Shown: piece by piece, positions 25,556-37,048 of the stretch
How positions within the stretch are numbered: the stretch's first letter is position 1
Layout: every line of letters starts with the position of its first letter
NCBI GenBank assembly: GCA_964016885.1
Contig: OZ024747.1
Coordinates: 92,380,001 to 92,444,000, forward strand
Reading direction: 5' to 3'
Origin: Eledone cirrhosa
Taxonomy: Eukaryota
Length of the DNA: 64,000 bases
Translations under genes and position numbers: made by a program
The notes under the pieces: generated by a model
The model's input: only the letters and a program-made list of their open reading frames with translations
Told to the model about the DNA's origin: nothing
Database searches by the model: none

Positions 25556-25598
25556 GTAACCTACGCGTTTCATTCTTATTAGAAATCTTCAGGATTAC
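25556..25598 (-). ncRNA. Minimal type I hammerhead ribozyme (unit 2)
   Basis: Identical to 25246-25288, 310 bp away. Confidence 0.9.
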
Positions 25599-25875
25599 AT
25601 ATCCAGTGCTTTTATCGAGAATGACACAGCTAGAGACTTATAGAATACTTAGCTGTGTACAGGAACTGGTTTGAAAGAGCGGTTGCCGGTCCGGCAGAAA
25701 TTGGAAATTGGAATAAATGCTCTGAAATAGCGATATATATGTGAAGATAGACATAGAATATTCGAAAATATTCTGTATGTTTATAATAAACATTTTGAAG
25801 ACCTAATCGCTATAGAATAGAATACGTCACGTATTACAATTAGATTCTCGATAAAAGCATATATATATATATATA

Positions 25876-26025
25876 TATTAGTACAGATTAAAGTTTAAGC
25901 AAAGAATCTCTGCTTTCACCCTATACAAATTCTTAGCTTAAAATTCAATCCGTACTAATAATAAATATTTGCTCTACGAGTTTATATATTCTTATCGAGC
26001 ACTCTTCGGATTTTGGTCTTTGTAT
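25876..26025 (+). mobile_element. Aged fold-back element with GCTC/GAGC tail hairpin
   Basis: Imperfect ~32-bp inverted arms spanning 25876-25960; tail GCTC..TC-GAGC-ACT at 25971-26003; another copy starts at about 63969. Confidence 0.6.
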
Positions 26026-26029
26026 TTAT

Positions 26030-26064
<35 letters not shown>

Positions 26065-26293
26065 ATGTATGCATGCATGCATGCATGTATGTATGTATGT
26101 ATGTTATCTCTTTCTCTTAATTTCGAGTATATTTTTTTGACCGGCCACCTTCCTGGTGGCAAGGTTATAAAAGAAAAGAAATTGTCATCCCTTGAATCGC
26201 AAGAATGTTTTGCAAATTTTGAAGGTGCCAGCTATCGCAGCCATTTGTATGTATGTATGTATGTATGTATGTATGTATGTATGTATGTATGTA

Positions 26294-26336
<43 letters not shown>

Positions 26337-26788
26337 GCGTGTGTGTGTGTACACAAATCCTTTCTGCACAGTGAACGGAAATGAAATTTTATTGATACGC
26401 AATTGTTCAACTCTAGGTTGTAGTAGAAGTTACCCATTTAATGTAACATGCAGCAATGTCATCCATCTCCTATATTTGCCTACACGTATACCTAATGTTC
26501 TTATAAATTACATATTTTCTTTAATAAAAACATATTAACATTTCAAATAATTAACTATAAAGTAATCTTTTTTATTTTCAGAATTGAAATGTGTTTAAAA
26601 TCTGTGTGGTAAAGATCCAGCTTCATTTGTCACTATATACCAGTTATGTCTAGATGTTGAGAAGTTAGACATTTTCCTGTTAATATACTAAGTCAATGTC
26701 TACAGAATCCAGGGTTACATTAACTAGACCTCATAATATGCTATAAATAAACCTCGTGATATGCTATCAACGAAACAAGCATCTCGAA

Positions 26789-28699
26789 ATGGGTGATCAA
26801 TCGTTCAAATGCGAACACCATGAACCAAATTATGACCAAACACCAGAAACCAATTTACCTGTCGTGGGTGGCGATTTACCAAATAATTTGCAGGATTATC
26901 AACTCAAAAAGTATTTTCCACATGAATGGAAGAGTAATAATAACTGGGAGGTCAATAACTGCGTTGGTTTTCTGTTAAGGCTAAACAGAGATGCTGTCCA
27001 AAAACAAAATATTTACAGCACATGTAGGAAACCAATGACCAGAAATGATACAAGGTCTATTAATATGGTATACAAAGAAAATAGCCAGGACGCTATGCAT
27101 CACCATCCCAATTACACGAGGGGCATCACTCCTAATATTCGACAGCAGAAACGTATTCCTTGCTCCTTAGAAAAAGAAAATGTTAAGGATTATTGTGAAG
27201 ATAAAAAACTTAGAAATTATGATTATAGTTACAAAAATGATATCGTTAAGGATAGCACTTGTAATTTTAATATTGATGATAACATTGTTAATGATAAAAT
27301 TTGCAATGATAATCATACAAGTCAAAATACTGTTAGTGATAATAGTGATAATAATAGTGTAGCCCAAGATGATAAAGTAGCAAGTGAAAATATCATTGAT
27401 GATAACACAGATAGAAATAGTATCTTTAACGACAACCTTATTAAAAATAATAGAAATGAAGATAATATAGGGACAGAATATGATTATCAATACAAAAAAC
27501 AGATTAAATCTCGCTTATCAATGACTAATAGAAAACACTTTCTAACCAGTGAAAAGATCGCAAATCAGCCTGCAATGTTATGCCTTAATTCCCGATACAA
27601 AATCAATATAAATGAAATACCAAGATTAAATATACCAGAGTGTGTTAATGATCCCGACAGAATGGATTTTGAAAATGTAGACTCATCTCTATTGCCTAAA
27701 ACAACCTTTGACTTCTCACTATCGAAACGTATTCAACGAAACAATCTTGACCTTTTCTTAGAAACAGTGGAATTTTCGGAGAGAAAAGAAATCTCTAATA
27801 TTATTCGACCTAACATGTTCTCCTCTCAGACTAGAAATATACAATCAACAAGTTCTTTTAAAACATCTTTTCGTTTACACAGGACAAAACGTCAGATTAT
27901 GCCTGGAAATGAAAACATGAACAAAGATTTAGATCAATATTCAGACAGAAAAGGTAACAGTTTACTGATTTCTAACAACACTCCAGAAAACGAATCTTTG
28001 CCAGATTGGCGACATTCTTATAAGTTCGACTCAAAAACGAATTCAGAGTTTTTAAAATGTCGAACTATAAATATTAACGATAAACAAACCGAAACGAATG
28101 TTCAAGAATGCTCTGAAATGTCTTCTGAAAAATTACCTCACCCAAAACAAAAGCAAAAAACTGTGAAAAAACATAGGTATAAACGGTCTCCATTTCAAGA
28201 AAATCGCAATCTCATTATGGGTTATCCAAAGGATTTAGTTCCTGAGACGAGAGAACATCGTGTAAAAATACCAGGAAATAATGTGTCTAATGGCAACCAT
28301 TCTGTAGTAATAATACCAGTTTGTTCAGTTCTAAGTGACGAAGAATATTCTAGTGAATCAGACGTTAATAATGACACCGAGAATGAGTTAGTTATGAACC
28401 GAAACTGTTCAAATGAGTCACTTAAGTCAGCAGTATCACTTCAATCAAAGTTCACACCACAATTGAAGAAACAAGCAAGTCCTGTAACTTACGAAAATGT
28501 GACAACTTCAAATGATAATTTTGGAATATATTCAGAGACTAACACATTTCTTAGTAAGTTTAAAAATGACGGAATTGAAAGTAGAATATCAAAGAGAGGA
28601 TTGATTTCATCGAGACAAACAACGGAGTTTTTGACACGATTCCTAAAATTTGAAGAAAGCCGTAAGCTGCTTAAAGAGAAAAATGAATTTTACGTCTAA
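26789..28699 (+). CDS. Uncharacterised Asn/Asp/Ser-rich protein (636 aa, single large exon)
   Basis: 1.9-kb open frame in non-repetitive AT-rich DNA; first in-frame ATG at 26789; candidate splice acceptor TTTTATTTTCAG ending at 26581; no recognisable domain. Confidence 0.7.
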   Translation: MGDQSFKCEHHEPNYDQTPETNLPVVGGDLPNNLQDYQLKKYFPHEWKSNNNWEVNNCVGFLLRLNRDAVQKQNIYSTCRKPMTRNDTRSINMVYKENSQDAMHHHPNYTRGITPNIRQQKRIPCSLEKENVKDYCEDKKLRNYDYSYKNDIVKDSTCNFNIDDNIVNDKICNDNHTSQNTVSDNSDNNSVAQDDKVASENIIDDNTDRNSIFNDNLIKNNRNEDNIGTEYDYQYKKQIKSRLSMTNRKHFLTSEKIANQPAMLCLNSRYKININEIPRLNIPECVNDPDRMDFENVDSSLLPKTTFDFSLSKRIQRNNLDLFLETVEFSERKEISNIIRPNMFSSQTRNIQSTSSFKTSFRLHRTKRQIMPGNENMNKDLDQYSDRKGNSLLISNNTPENESLPDWRHSYKFDSKTNSEFLKCRTININDKQTETNVQECSEMSSEKLPHPKQKQKTVKKHRYKRSPFQENRNLIMGYPKDLVPETREHRVKIPGNNVSNGNHSVVIIPVCSVLSDEEYSSESDVNNDTENELVMNRNCSNESLKSAVSLQSKFTPQLKKQASPVTYENVTTSNDNFGIYSETNTFLSKFKNDGIESRISKRGLISSRQTTEFLTRFLKFEESRKLLKEKNEFYV

Positions 28700-28810
28700 A
28701 CTTTCTATTATTGACAGCGATGAATTTTTTTTGCAAGGTTTTTGACTGTGGTTTACTATGTTTTTCTGGCAATATTATAACAACATGACCCTCCCCAAAT
28801 ATAAAAATAC

Positions 28811-28990
28811 GGCGGTTGATTTGCAGTATCAGTAGAGCGTCAGACGTTATGCAGCACAGAGTTTATGTTCTGAGTTCAAATCCCACCGAGGTTAACTTTT
28901 CCTTTCATCCTTACGGAGTCGATAAAATAAAGCACCAGTAATGCACTGGGGTAATTGCTGGCCTTGTGCCTAAAATAGAAACAATTATTA
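28811..28990 (+). mobile_element. SINE family A
   Basis: Diverged copy of 1215-1397. Confidence 0.8.
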
Positions 28991-29803
28991 TTGAAATCTA
29001 ACTTTGCCTTTAAAATATATGTACTTATTTAGCGGTGTTGTTAAAATATTTTTTGCTACGAAATGATACTTTTGTTTTAAACATCAATCATTTAATGGCC
29101 GTCATTTCATCTATCGGACAGACTTAAGAAATAAACATATTGATTTCTAGCCAATATCGGAGCTTCTATGTGGCCGTTCAACCTGCTGGAAATAGCAGCC
29201 AAATCTCCCTCATATCACACATTGCCTTCTTCGAATGTCCTACATGTCTGAATGATAGATTGATTGGACACGGTTGGAATATCCTTGATCGAAGGTATTG
29301 TCTCCGTTGTTATAACTCCATTCGTATCTAGAATTCCATTGTAGGAATATACATCAAAATGCAAACTGACTTGATTAAAACTGACCTGTGGCTAAACAAA
29401 CAACAACATCAACAACGTGTTGGTTTTTTGTTTTTTTTAAAGCCAGAGAGAAAAATTATTTGAAAAAAAAATGTTACACTAAACACTTTCCGTCGAACAA
29501 TTAAAGCACTCATATCGAATCTAAAATTTCTCGCCAGGTAAAATATAGTAGAATTCTGTTAAACAACTGCGTAAATACTCATAAACTAAAATATATACGA
29601 ATAAATTAGTTAGGAAATTATACCAATTACCTGAAAACTCTAGTTACCAAATAAACCGTAAGGCAATAAAATGCAAGCAGATAAGATTTAAATGGCTATG
29701 AAATTCACTTTACCGTAAGTTGAAGGTGGTAGCCCAAATTAAGAGCTAAATCTCAAAGATTTGGGCGAAAACGTGTTTATTTTCGCATGTATATAAATAT
29801 ATA

Positions 29804-30133
29804 AAGTTGTCCCCCGGTATTCGCGGGTGCTAGCGAATAGTGGAAAACCGCGAATAATGGACGTGTTCCATAAAAATGCCTATAAACGTCAAAATATAAT
29901 AAGAAAAGAGGGAGCGTCTTATGTGAGGGGGGCGTCCAATAGGCCGACAAATACGGTATATTGTTATTAATAATTTAGCGTTAAAAATATATATATTGCC
30001 ACGAAAAAAGCCATAAAATATCGTGGAAGATATTTACGATTCCTCGAATATGCGGTGGTTTCCACGGACAATTAGTTAGGTTCTAAGGAAAATTACGCGA
30101 ATAACCGGGACCGCGAATACCGGGTATACACTG
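29804..30133. mobile_element. Tc1/pogo-type MITE
   Basis: TIRs containing CCCGGTATTCGCGG/CCGCGAATACCGGG; terminus ..CACTG; TA on both sides. Confidence 0.7.
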
Positions 30134-30320
30134 TATATATATATACATTTACACACGTTTAAGGAAATTAAGGAGATAGCATGTACAGACACATATGAAA
30201 CAGAAGGTACATTTCCCAGACTTCTTATTTTATATTATATCCTTACTGGGTCGATAAAATAAAGTACCAGTAATGCACTGGGTAATTGCTGGCCTTGTGC
30301 CTAAAGTAGAAACAATTATA

Positions 30321-31004
<684 letters not shown>

Positions 31005-31434
31005 TTATATATATATATATATATAAATGCTATAAGGTTGCCTTTAAATAAGTTTTATTTTAATGTGTAAATCGTTTGCACCTGCCTAGTCAAACTCTGT
31101 TGAATGAGACGATATGGAAAAGTAATATAATTAAAACAAAGAGAACAAGCGAAAGAAAATAATACTTCTATATATGTGTCTGTATCTGTGTGCTTCTGAA
31201 TAATAAAATATACTGAAGTGTTCAAAGTTACTTTAATAAAATTTAACATGAGACTTTAACAATTATGTTGACCTACACAAACAAGATATTTGAAGCATTG
31301 TAATAACAAGCTATCTTTGTATTATTACAGTTATTACCTGTCAAATAGGGAAATGCCAAAGTTTGTCTCGATAACCTTAAAAAGGTATTGTGTTTTATAT
31401 CCCTTTCTTCGTTTGTACTCACGCTCGTAAGTAT

Positions 31435-31725
31435 TTAACCTCTATGCATCTGTGATCGCAATGCATTATGTTGGAAGTACATATCATCGTTATGGCTAGT
31501 TTGAATAACTAATAATGTCAAAACACACATATTTAGGATAGCAAATGTGGCGAGGAGAAAACTAGCAAACACAACCTCTTGTTTGATCTCATTAACTTTC
31601 CGTTCGCAGACCACCAATTGGTTGAACAGAAAAACAATTGCTAGCAGAGTAAAAATTTCAAAGATTTTCTCGAGCGAATGTTTAACACTTCTAGGGTAAT
31701 TGTCGAAATCCATAGCTTTATCCAT
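31435..31725 (-). CDS. Possible small two-TM membrane protein or first exon (96 aa)
   Basis: ATG-initiated ORF in unique DNA with two hydrophobic stretches; CRE motifs about 80-100 bp upstream. Confidence 0.3.
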   Translation of the reverse strand: MDKAMDFDNYPRSVKHSLEKIFEIFTLLAIVFLFNQLVVCERKVNEIKQEVVFASFLLATFAILNMCVLTLLVIQTSHNDDMYFQHNALRSQMHRG

Positions 31726-31801
31726 ATGACAACTCGAATTTAGTTAGTTTTTATCTTTATGCTGTATTTTTACCCGAAAAAAAATCATTGAAAGATTTTG
31801 A

Positions 31802-31822
31802 TGACGTTTCTTCTTGACGTCA
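31802..31822. promoter_or_regulatory. CRE/ATF motifs (TGACG half-site plus full TGACGTCA)
   Basis: TGACG at 31802-31806 and TGACGTCA at 31815-31822 in unique sequence. Confidence 0.35.
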
Positions 31823-32298
31823 CTGTTGCTTTTAAGACAAGATCACTAGTTACCAGAATTCACTTGCCGACCATATTGTAAGATTAGAATTATCTTTTCG
31901 TTATAAAATAGTAAGTTTCAACAATTTAGAATTTTCTTTTCGTTTATAAGTTCACAATTCTGAAACAATGAACAAAGAATCAACCTTCAAAGTATATTTG
32001 TTCATTTGGCTTATGTTTATGAATTAGTACTGTTTTGTATTGGGTTAAATAAATGCAAATTATTCACAAGAGTTTATATCAAAGATTGAAATGTCGGCCT
32101 TGCAATCAATGTTAGCTTGGATCTCATAACTAATATGATCATACCTCATCATTTTTAATATTAATTTCTTTCAATTAGATAATATACTATTTTGATTCAG
32201 TAATTCTCCATAAAAAAATAGATAACAGTCGATCAAGAATTAATTAGGTGTTCGTGTTTTATGTTGAAGATATTGACTACATTATTTATATTACAGAC

Positions 32299-32479
32299 GG
32301 TGGATTGGCAGTATCGGTAGAGGGTCAGACACCATGCTTTCCAGCATAGTTACGTCCCTTTACGATCTGAGTTCAAATCCCGCCGAGGTTGACTTTGCCT
32401 TTCATCCTTACGGGGTCGATAAAATAAAGTACCAGTAATGCACTGGATAATTGATGGCCTTGTGCCAAAAGTAGAAACA
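32299..32479 (+). mobile_element. SINE family A with TSD
   Basis: Flanking direct repeat ATTATTTATATTACAGAC. Confidence 0.9.
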
Positions 32480-32525
32480 ATTATTTATATTACAGACATG
32501 ATGATATAAAGGTTGTGATCTAGAG

Positions 32526-32815
32526 AAGTCCTGGGCAACCTGCGGCCCGCGAAGCTTTCTGAATGGCTCGCCTAAGTCACCTAAGTGAAATCTTTCTGAT
32601 TTTCTTACCCCAACTTTTCAGTCGTAATTTATCTTTCTATTATTTTTACGATCAGGGAAAACAACGTGTACGAATTTTGAAGAAACAAATCAAAACAACC
32701 TGAGTTACCGCTCTTGTTTTAATGTGGGCACAAATGTAAATTAGCGCTTGCGGTCCGCCTGATGATGAGCCATATCTCATACGGCCCGCTTCTCGAAAAA
32801 GGTTGCCCATGCCTG
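32526..32815. mobile_element. hAT (Charlie/Buster-type) MITE
   Basis: TIRs ..TGGGCAACC/GGTTGCCCATGCCTG; perfect 8-bp TSD ATCTAGAG at 32518-32525 and 32816-32823. Confidence 0.85.
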
Positions 32816-33234
32816 ATCTAGAGTTTATTTAGATGCCATGACAAGGAATAACAACTCTTTATTATGACAGTTAAACTCACTAGAGTAATCTCCCTTCGCT
32901 CCGACATTGTAAGGAAACAGTTCTGGAATTCTCTTCGTGAAAGTTTCTTTTCTCCCGGAGGTTATTCGCGAATGGAAGGAAGTCACTTCCATCGAACATG
33001 TTGCAGTTGATGGATATTCAATATATTTGCTGATTGTTAAGCTCGACAACTGTATTGTTTTATTCCAGAAATAATAAATCGTTCATATATTCCGAGTTTA
33101 TCTGAAACTTTAAGTAACATAAGTTAACAAGAATATACAACGTAAATATAAAATATTTTTCTATATTTTCATCTACATTTTTTGCCATTCAACTTTTGTT
33201 CAATCACGTATATATATATAAATATATATATATA

Positions 33235-33400
33235 GGAACGAGTAGGACCCCGACGGCTGAGCTCAAGCCGTTTCAACGGCTAATTCTGGACTAAATTCTG
33301 GGCTAATTCTGGACTAAAATATTACCCACTCTACTACCCTAAGTATTGAGTACTTTGGTGCGTTATGGTCCATCTGGTTCCTTACCACATTTCCTTCGTT
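33235..33400 (+). mobile_element. TA-embedded element: inverted hammerhead 3' half plus tail hairpin
   Basis: Minus strand GAAACGGCU-UGAGCUC-AGCCGUC; plus-strand tail ACTC-TACT..AGTA-TT-GAGTACT at 33328-33354. Confidence 0.65.
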
Positions 33401-33519
33401 ATATATATATATATATATAACCAAAAGTTTAACAAGGTTCATTGATTAATCAATGAATAAAGTTTTACAATAGATTAGAAGCACTCAACAGCACAGTTGA
33501 GGTATGTCAGACATCAATT

Positions 33520-33585
33520 TATTTTATCTGATGAGGACGTACTGATGAAATAGCTCAGTACCTCTGAAATATGTATAATAAAATA
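33520..33585 (+). ncRNA. Type I hammerhead with extended stem II
   Basis: Stem I UAUUUUAU/AUAAAAUA, CUGAUGA, stem II including GUACUGA/UCAGUAC, GAAA-U-AUGU-AUA; in TA-flanked element 33421-33625. Confidence 0.8.
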
Positions 33586-33641
33586 TATTTGATCACATGA
33601 ATGTCTATATTTATTAATATTTTGAATATATATATATATAT

Positions 33642-34140
33642 GGAGGCACATGGCTTAGTGGTTAGAGCATTGGCCTTGCAATCAAAAGGTTGTGAGTTCA
33701 ATTCTCAGACCGGGTGATGTGTTGTTTCCTTAAGTGAAATCTTTCTGATTTTCTTACCCCAACTTTTCAGTCGTAATTTATCTTTCTATTATTTTTACGA
33801 TCAGGGAAAACAACGTGTACGAATTTTGAAGAAACAAATCAAAACAACCTGAGTTACCGCTCTTGTTTTAATGTGGGCACAAATGTAAATTAGCAAGGCA
33901 CTTTATTTCACATTGCTCCAGTTTACTCAGCTGTAGAAATGAGATGATAGGACTGGGGTCCCTATCATTCCGCTGCAAAGTCGTCGTGGAGGTGCCACGG
34001 CATAACAAGCAGCCAGCACTCACTGTAAATGAGGTTGGTGTTAGGAAGGGCATCCAGCTGTAGAAATCAAGCCAGAATCAGTTCCCGTCCCACCCTTGCA
34101 AGCAGGGAAAAGCGGACGTAAAATGAAATGATGATGATGA
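33642..34140 (+). mobile_element. SINE family B interrupted by a templated insertion
   Basis: Matches 40946-41270 and 62490-62810 except for the insert at 33731-33894. Confidence 0.85.
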
Positions 34141-35869
34141 AATGATATATGTGTGTGCGTGTGTGTTAAACACACCACCTTACTCTTAGCTAAATGCAGG
34201 AAAAATACTTAGCTAAGTCTTTCTAGGCCAGCATCTTAACTTTGATGACTACCTGCAGTGGTATTTCACGACCATGTTACCCTCCATGTGACCGGGGTCT
34301 TGCACTATAACCCTCAGCAGGCTGTCTCATAAGAACTACCTGTTGTTCTCTATATCATAAATCTCAATCTCCATGTCAAACACTTCAACTAATAATTCTC
34401 TGAAGTGTTCAGTGGCTCTAGCCTTTTATATCATCCCTCTCCAAGCTGTCCCATAACTCAGTAGAGTCTAACTTCTACTCTGAAGTCACTAATTATTAGG
34501 CTATATTAAATGAAACATTCTTCACTTATGAACCATAATTGCACAGGGAATACATACTTCATTTGCATTATTTTGATAATATATCATTTAGTTGGCTAAG
34601 TGTATATACGAGTGTATATACGAGTGTATATACGAGTGATTGCTATTATTGCTCAACTGTAGATTAATTTCACATCCCAAATGTTGACTCACATTAATTC
34701 TCATAGAGGAATATCAAAATATCCTGTTTCTTTAATAATTATTGAGAATCATACCTATTTGAAAGACAGGTATTAAAGGTGCAAATTAATTACGTCCGTA
34801 GGTGGTATGCCGAATGAGCATTCGATGCCCTTGGGGAGCAGAGTATCAATAATATTAATATATCTTGTACTCTTAGTCACTTCAAGCCATGAAACCAGGA
34901 TAAGCACTGGCCTGGGAAGCCTTCTGGCTTAAGACAGACTTCAGACTTCAGATTTTTTACAGAGCCATTTACTATAAAATCATAGAAATAATCTGTTCTG
35001 TAAGGCTGACATTCTAAATATTAAGTTTTATTGCTGTATTTCTTTTAAAATGCTCTTTACTGATCTGCAGTCCATGACACTTATCCCAACAGCATTTCTT
35101 CTTTTATTCTTTCTTTTTACTGTGAGATTTAGTCAATCGTATCAACCCCAGATCTTATTTTTACAAGTTTGGTACTTACTTTATCAATCTCTTTTTGTCA
35201 AATCACTAAGTTACAGATCATTCACACAAATACAGATGCAGACCTCAACAGAGACATGGACACATGTACACACACATTTTATATTTTCTTCACTGAAATC
35301 AATTAAATAAAAAATGACAATAAAATGAATAAATGATGTCAAATAGAAGAATATTTTTTTAATATAGAAACATGTTTTATGTTGGTTTACAGAGTCTACC
35401 AAAATTGTGATATTTTTAATTCATAATGTACATACTATTATGTTTTTAACAGTTTTATATCCACTTTTTCTAATGAAATAAATTTTTAGAGATTTGATAT
35501 TTGCATTAAATTATTCAAATATGTATTTTTAATTAGGTCCCTTTCCTACAGCAAACTTCTTACCAGAATAGTTTGCCTTTTTACAGACATGACAGGCTGT
35601 AGCAAGATTTGACACTATGTTGCAGTGAAAGGCTTGGCACCTTCACTTCACAGCTATTGTACCTGTAAAGTTTATATTTACACATATTACAGGTACATCA
35701 GAATCACAGAAGAAAAGATTTGTTGACTGAACAAATTGTCCTCAGCCTAAAATTTAAATAAATAAGGAAACAAAACTTAATAGAGTCCCTTATGGAATGT
35801 ATATATAAATAATGAGGAAAGAAACCAGACTTCTAGTTGTGTAATGTCTCTGTCAACAGATGGATGAGA

Positions 35870-35965
35870 TCAGCACGCAGCAGGTGTACTGAATAAAATA
35901 CTATATTCACAAACATCTTCATGTATTGATTTCACTTTATCAGCAAGACCACATTCAAAGGTTAT
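35870..35965 (-). CDS. PRKCSH/glucosidase II beta-like gene, coding exon 6 (MRH C-terminus, stop)
   Basis: cag|ITFECGLADKVKSIHEDVCEYSILFSTPAAC*; phase 0. Confidence 0.9.
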   Translation of the reverse strand: MTFECGLADKVKSIHEDVCEYSILFSTPAAC

Positions 35966-36808
35966 CTGCAACAGAAAAAATAATTTTAAAAAGATTAGAA
36001 TATTAAGTAAACTATTTTTCAAGAGGGATTTAGATCTGCCGATATATTTATTCAGAAAGACTCTTCAGTAGAGCCATGAGCATGACAACCTGTCTGGTGT
36101 TGGTGACATGATAAAACATACCCAGTGTACTCTATAAAGGGACTGGTGATAGGAAGCGTCTCCAGCTATAGGAAACTTGCCAACATTTGTACATTAGTCT
36201 ATGTACTATACATGCACGTTTGATGAGTTGTAGTGCATCTAAGCATGGTACACAATAATTTTATTGTTGTGGAACCAACCAACCAACCGGAAATTTATAA
36301 ATTCCTAAATTTATAAATTTATTATAATAAATTAAAGTGAAAGCAACTGGTGTGTGTGTGTTTCTTATTGGCAACATGACCCTCCCAAAGTATAACAATT
36401 TTATTATCATTATCATTATCAAAGGGTCAGGAGGACTCTTCAGTTGTGTTGAAAACATGACAACTCCCTAGTGTTGATGCCATGATAAAATGGCACTCAT
36501 TGCACAGTGTAGCGTATGGGAACAAATGTAAGCGAGATAGGCATCAAAATACAAAAGGATGAATGAAGACGAGAAAGTGAAAGTAAAAAAAACAAAACAA
36601 TATCATATAAGTTGGCATTCGAAAGGACAAACTTAGCACTTGGAAGTATCCAGTCATAAACCCATGCCAGAATGGAATGTATGGGCAAGACATAGTCATC
36701 TAACCTGTCTAATTTCAGACCATGCCAACACAGAAAATGGATGTAAAATGATGATCTTTTTACTGAACATAACCAACAAAAGAAATACCTATCTAATAAT
36801 TCACTTAC

Positions 36809-37048
36809 CCTTGATGAACGTTGTTTGTTGTCTGGACAATATTGAGCACTACCTCCTGTCATCTTTAGAATATAAGAACCAGGTCTCATCCTCTCCCATA
36901 TAGGTTTCTCTCCCAAGGATAGAACTAGCTGTGGAAATTTTTGTTGAGTACATTTCTTGAAAGGACATATGTTGTAATCATAAGGAGGAATTTCAATTTG
37001 AAAGCAATTCAGACTTAGTTTGTAAAACACGCCTTCAGGACCATAACT
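36809..37048 (-). CDS. PRKCSH-like gene, coding exon 5 (MRH domain)
   Basis: tag|SYGPEGVFYKLSLNCF..YNICPFKKCTQ..CPDNKQRSSR|gtaagt; 240 nt. Confidence 0.9.

Larger units (their letters stand above)
25123..25859 (-). mobile_element. Retrozyme-like tandem array (2.4 x 310 bp), one minimal hammerhead per full unit
   Basis: Units start at 25123, 25433 and 25743 and look identical by eye; flanked by (TA)n. Confidence 0.85.

Noticed and set aside
32825-33049. 74-aa minus-strand ORF
   Set aside because: Non-ATG start, no recognisable motif or splice context.
36497-36808. ORF-track extension of the MRH exon (and the 48557-48688 extension of exon 1)
   Set aside because: Read-through into introns past GTAAGT donors; homology continues in the next exon instead.
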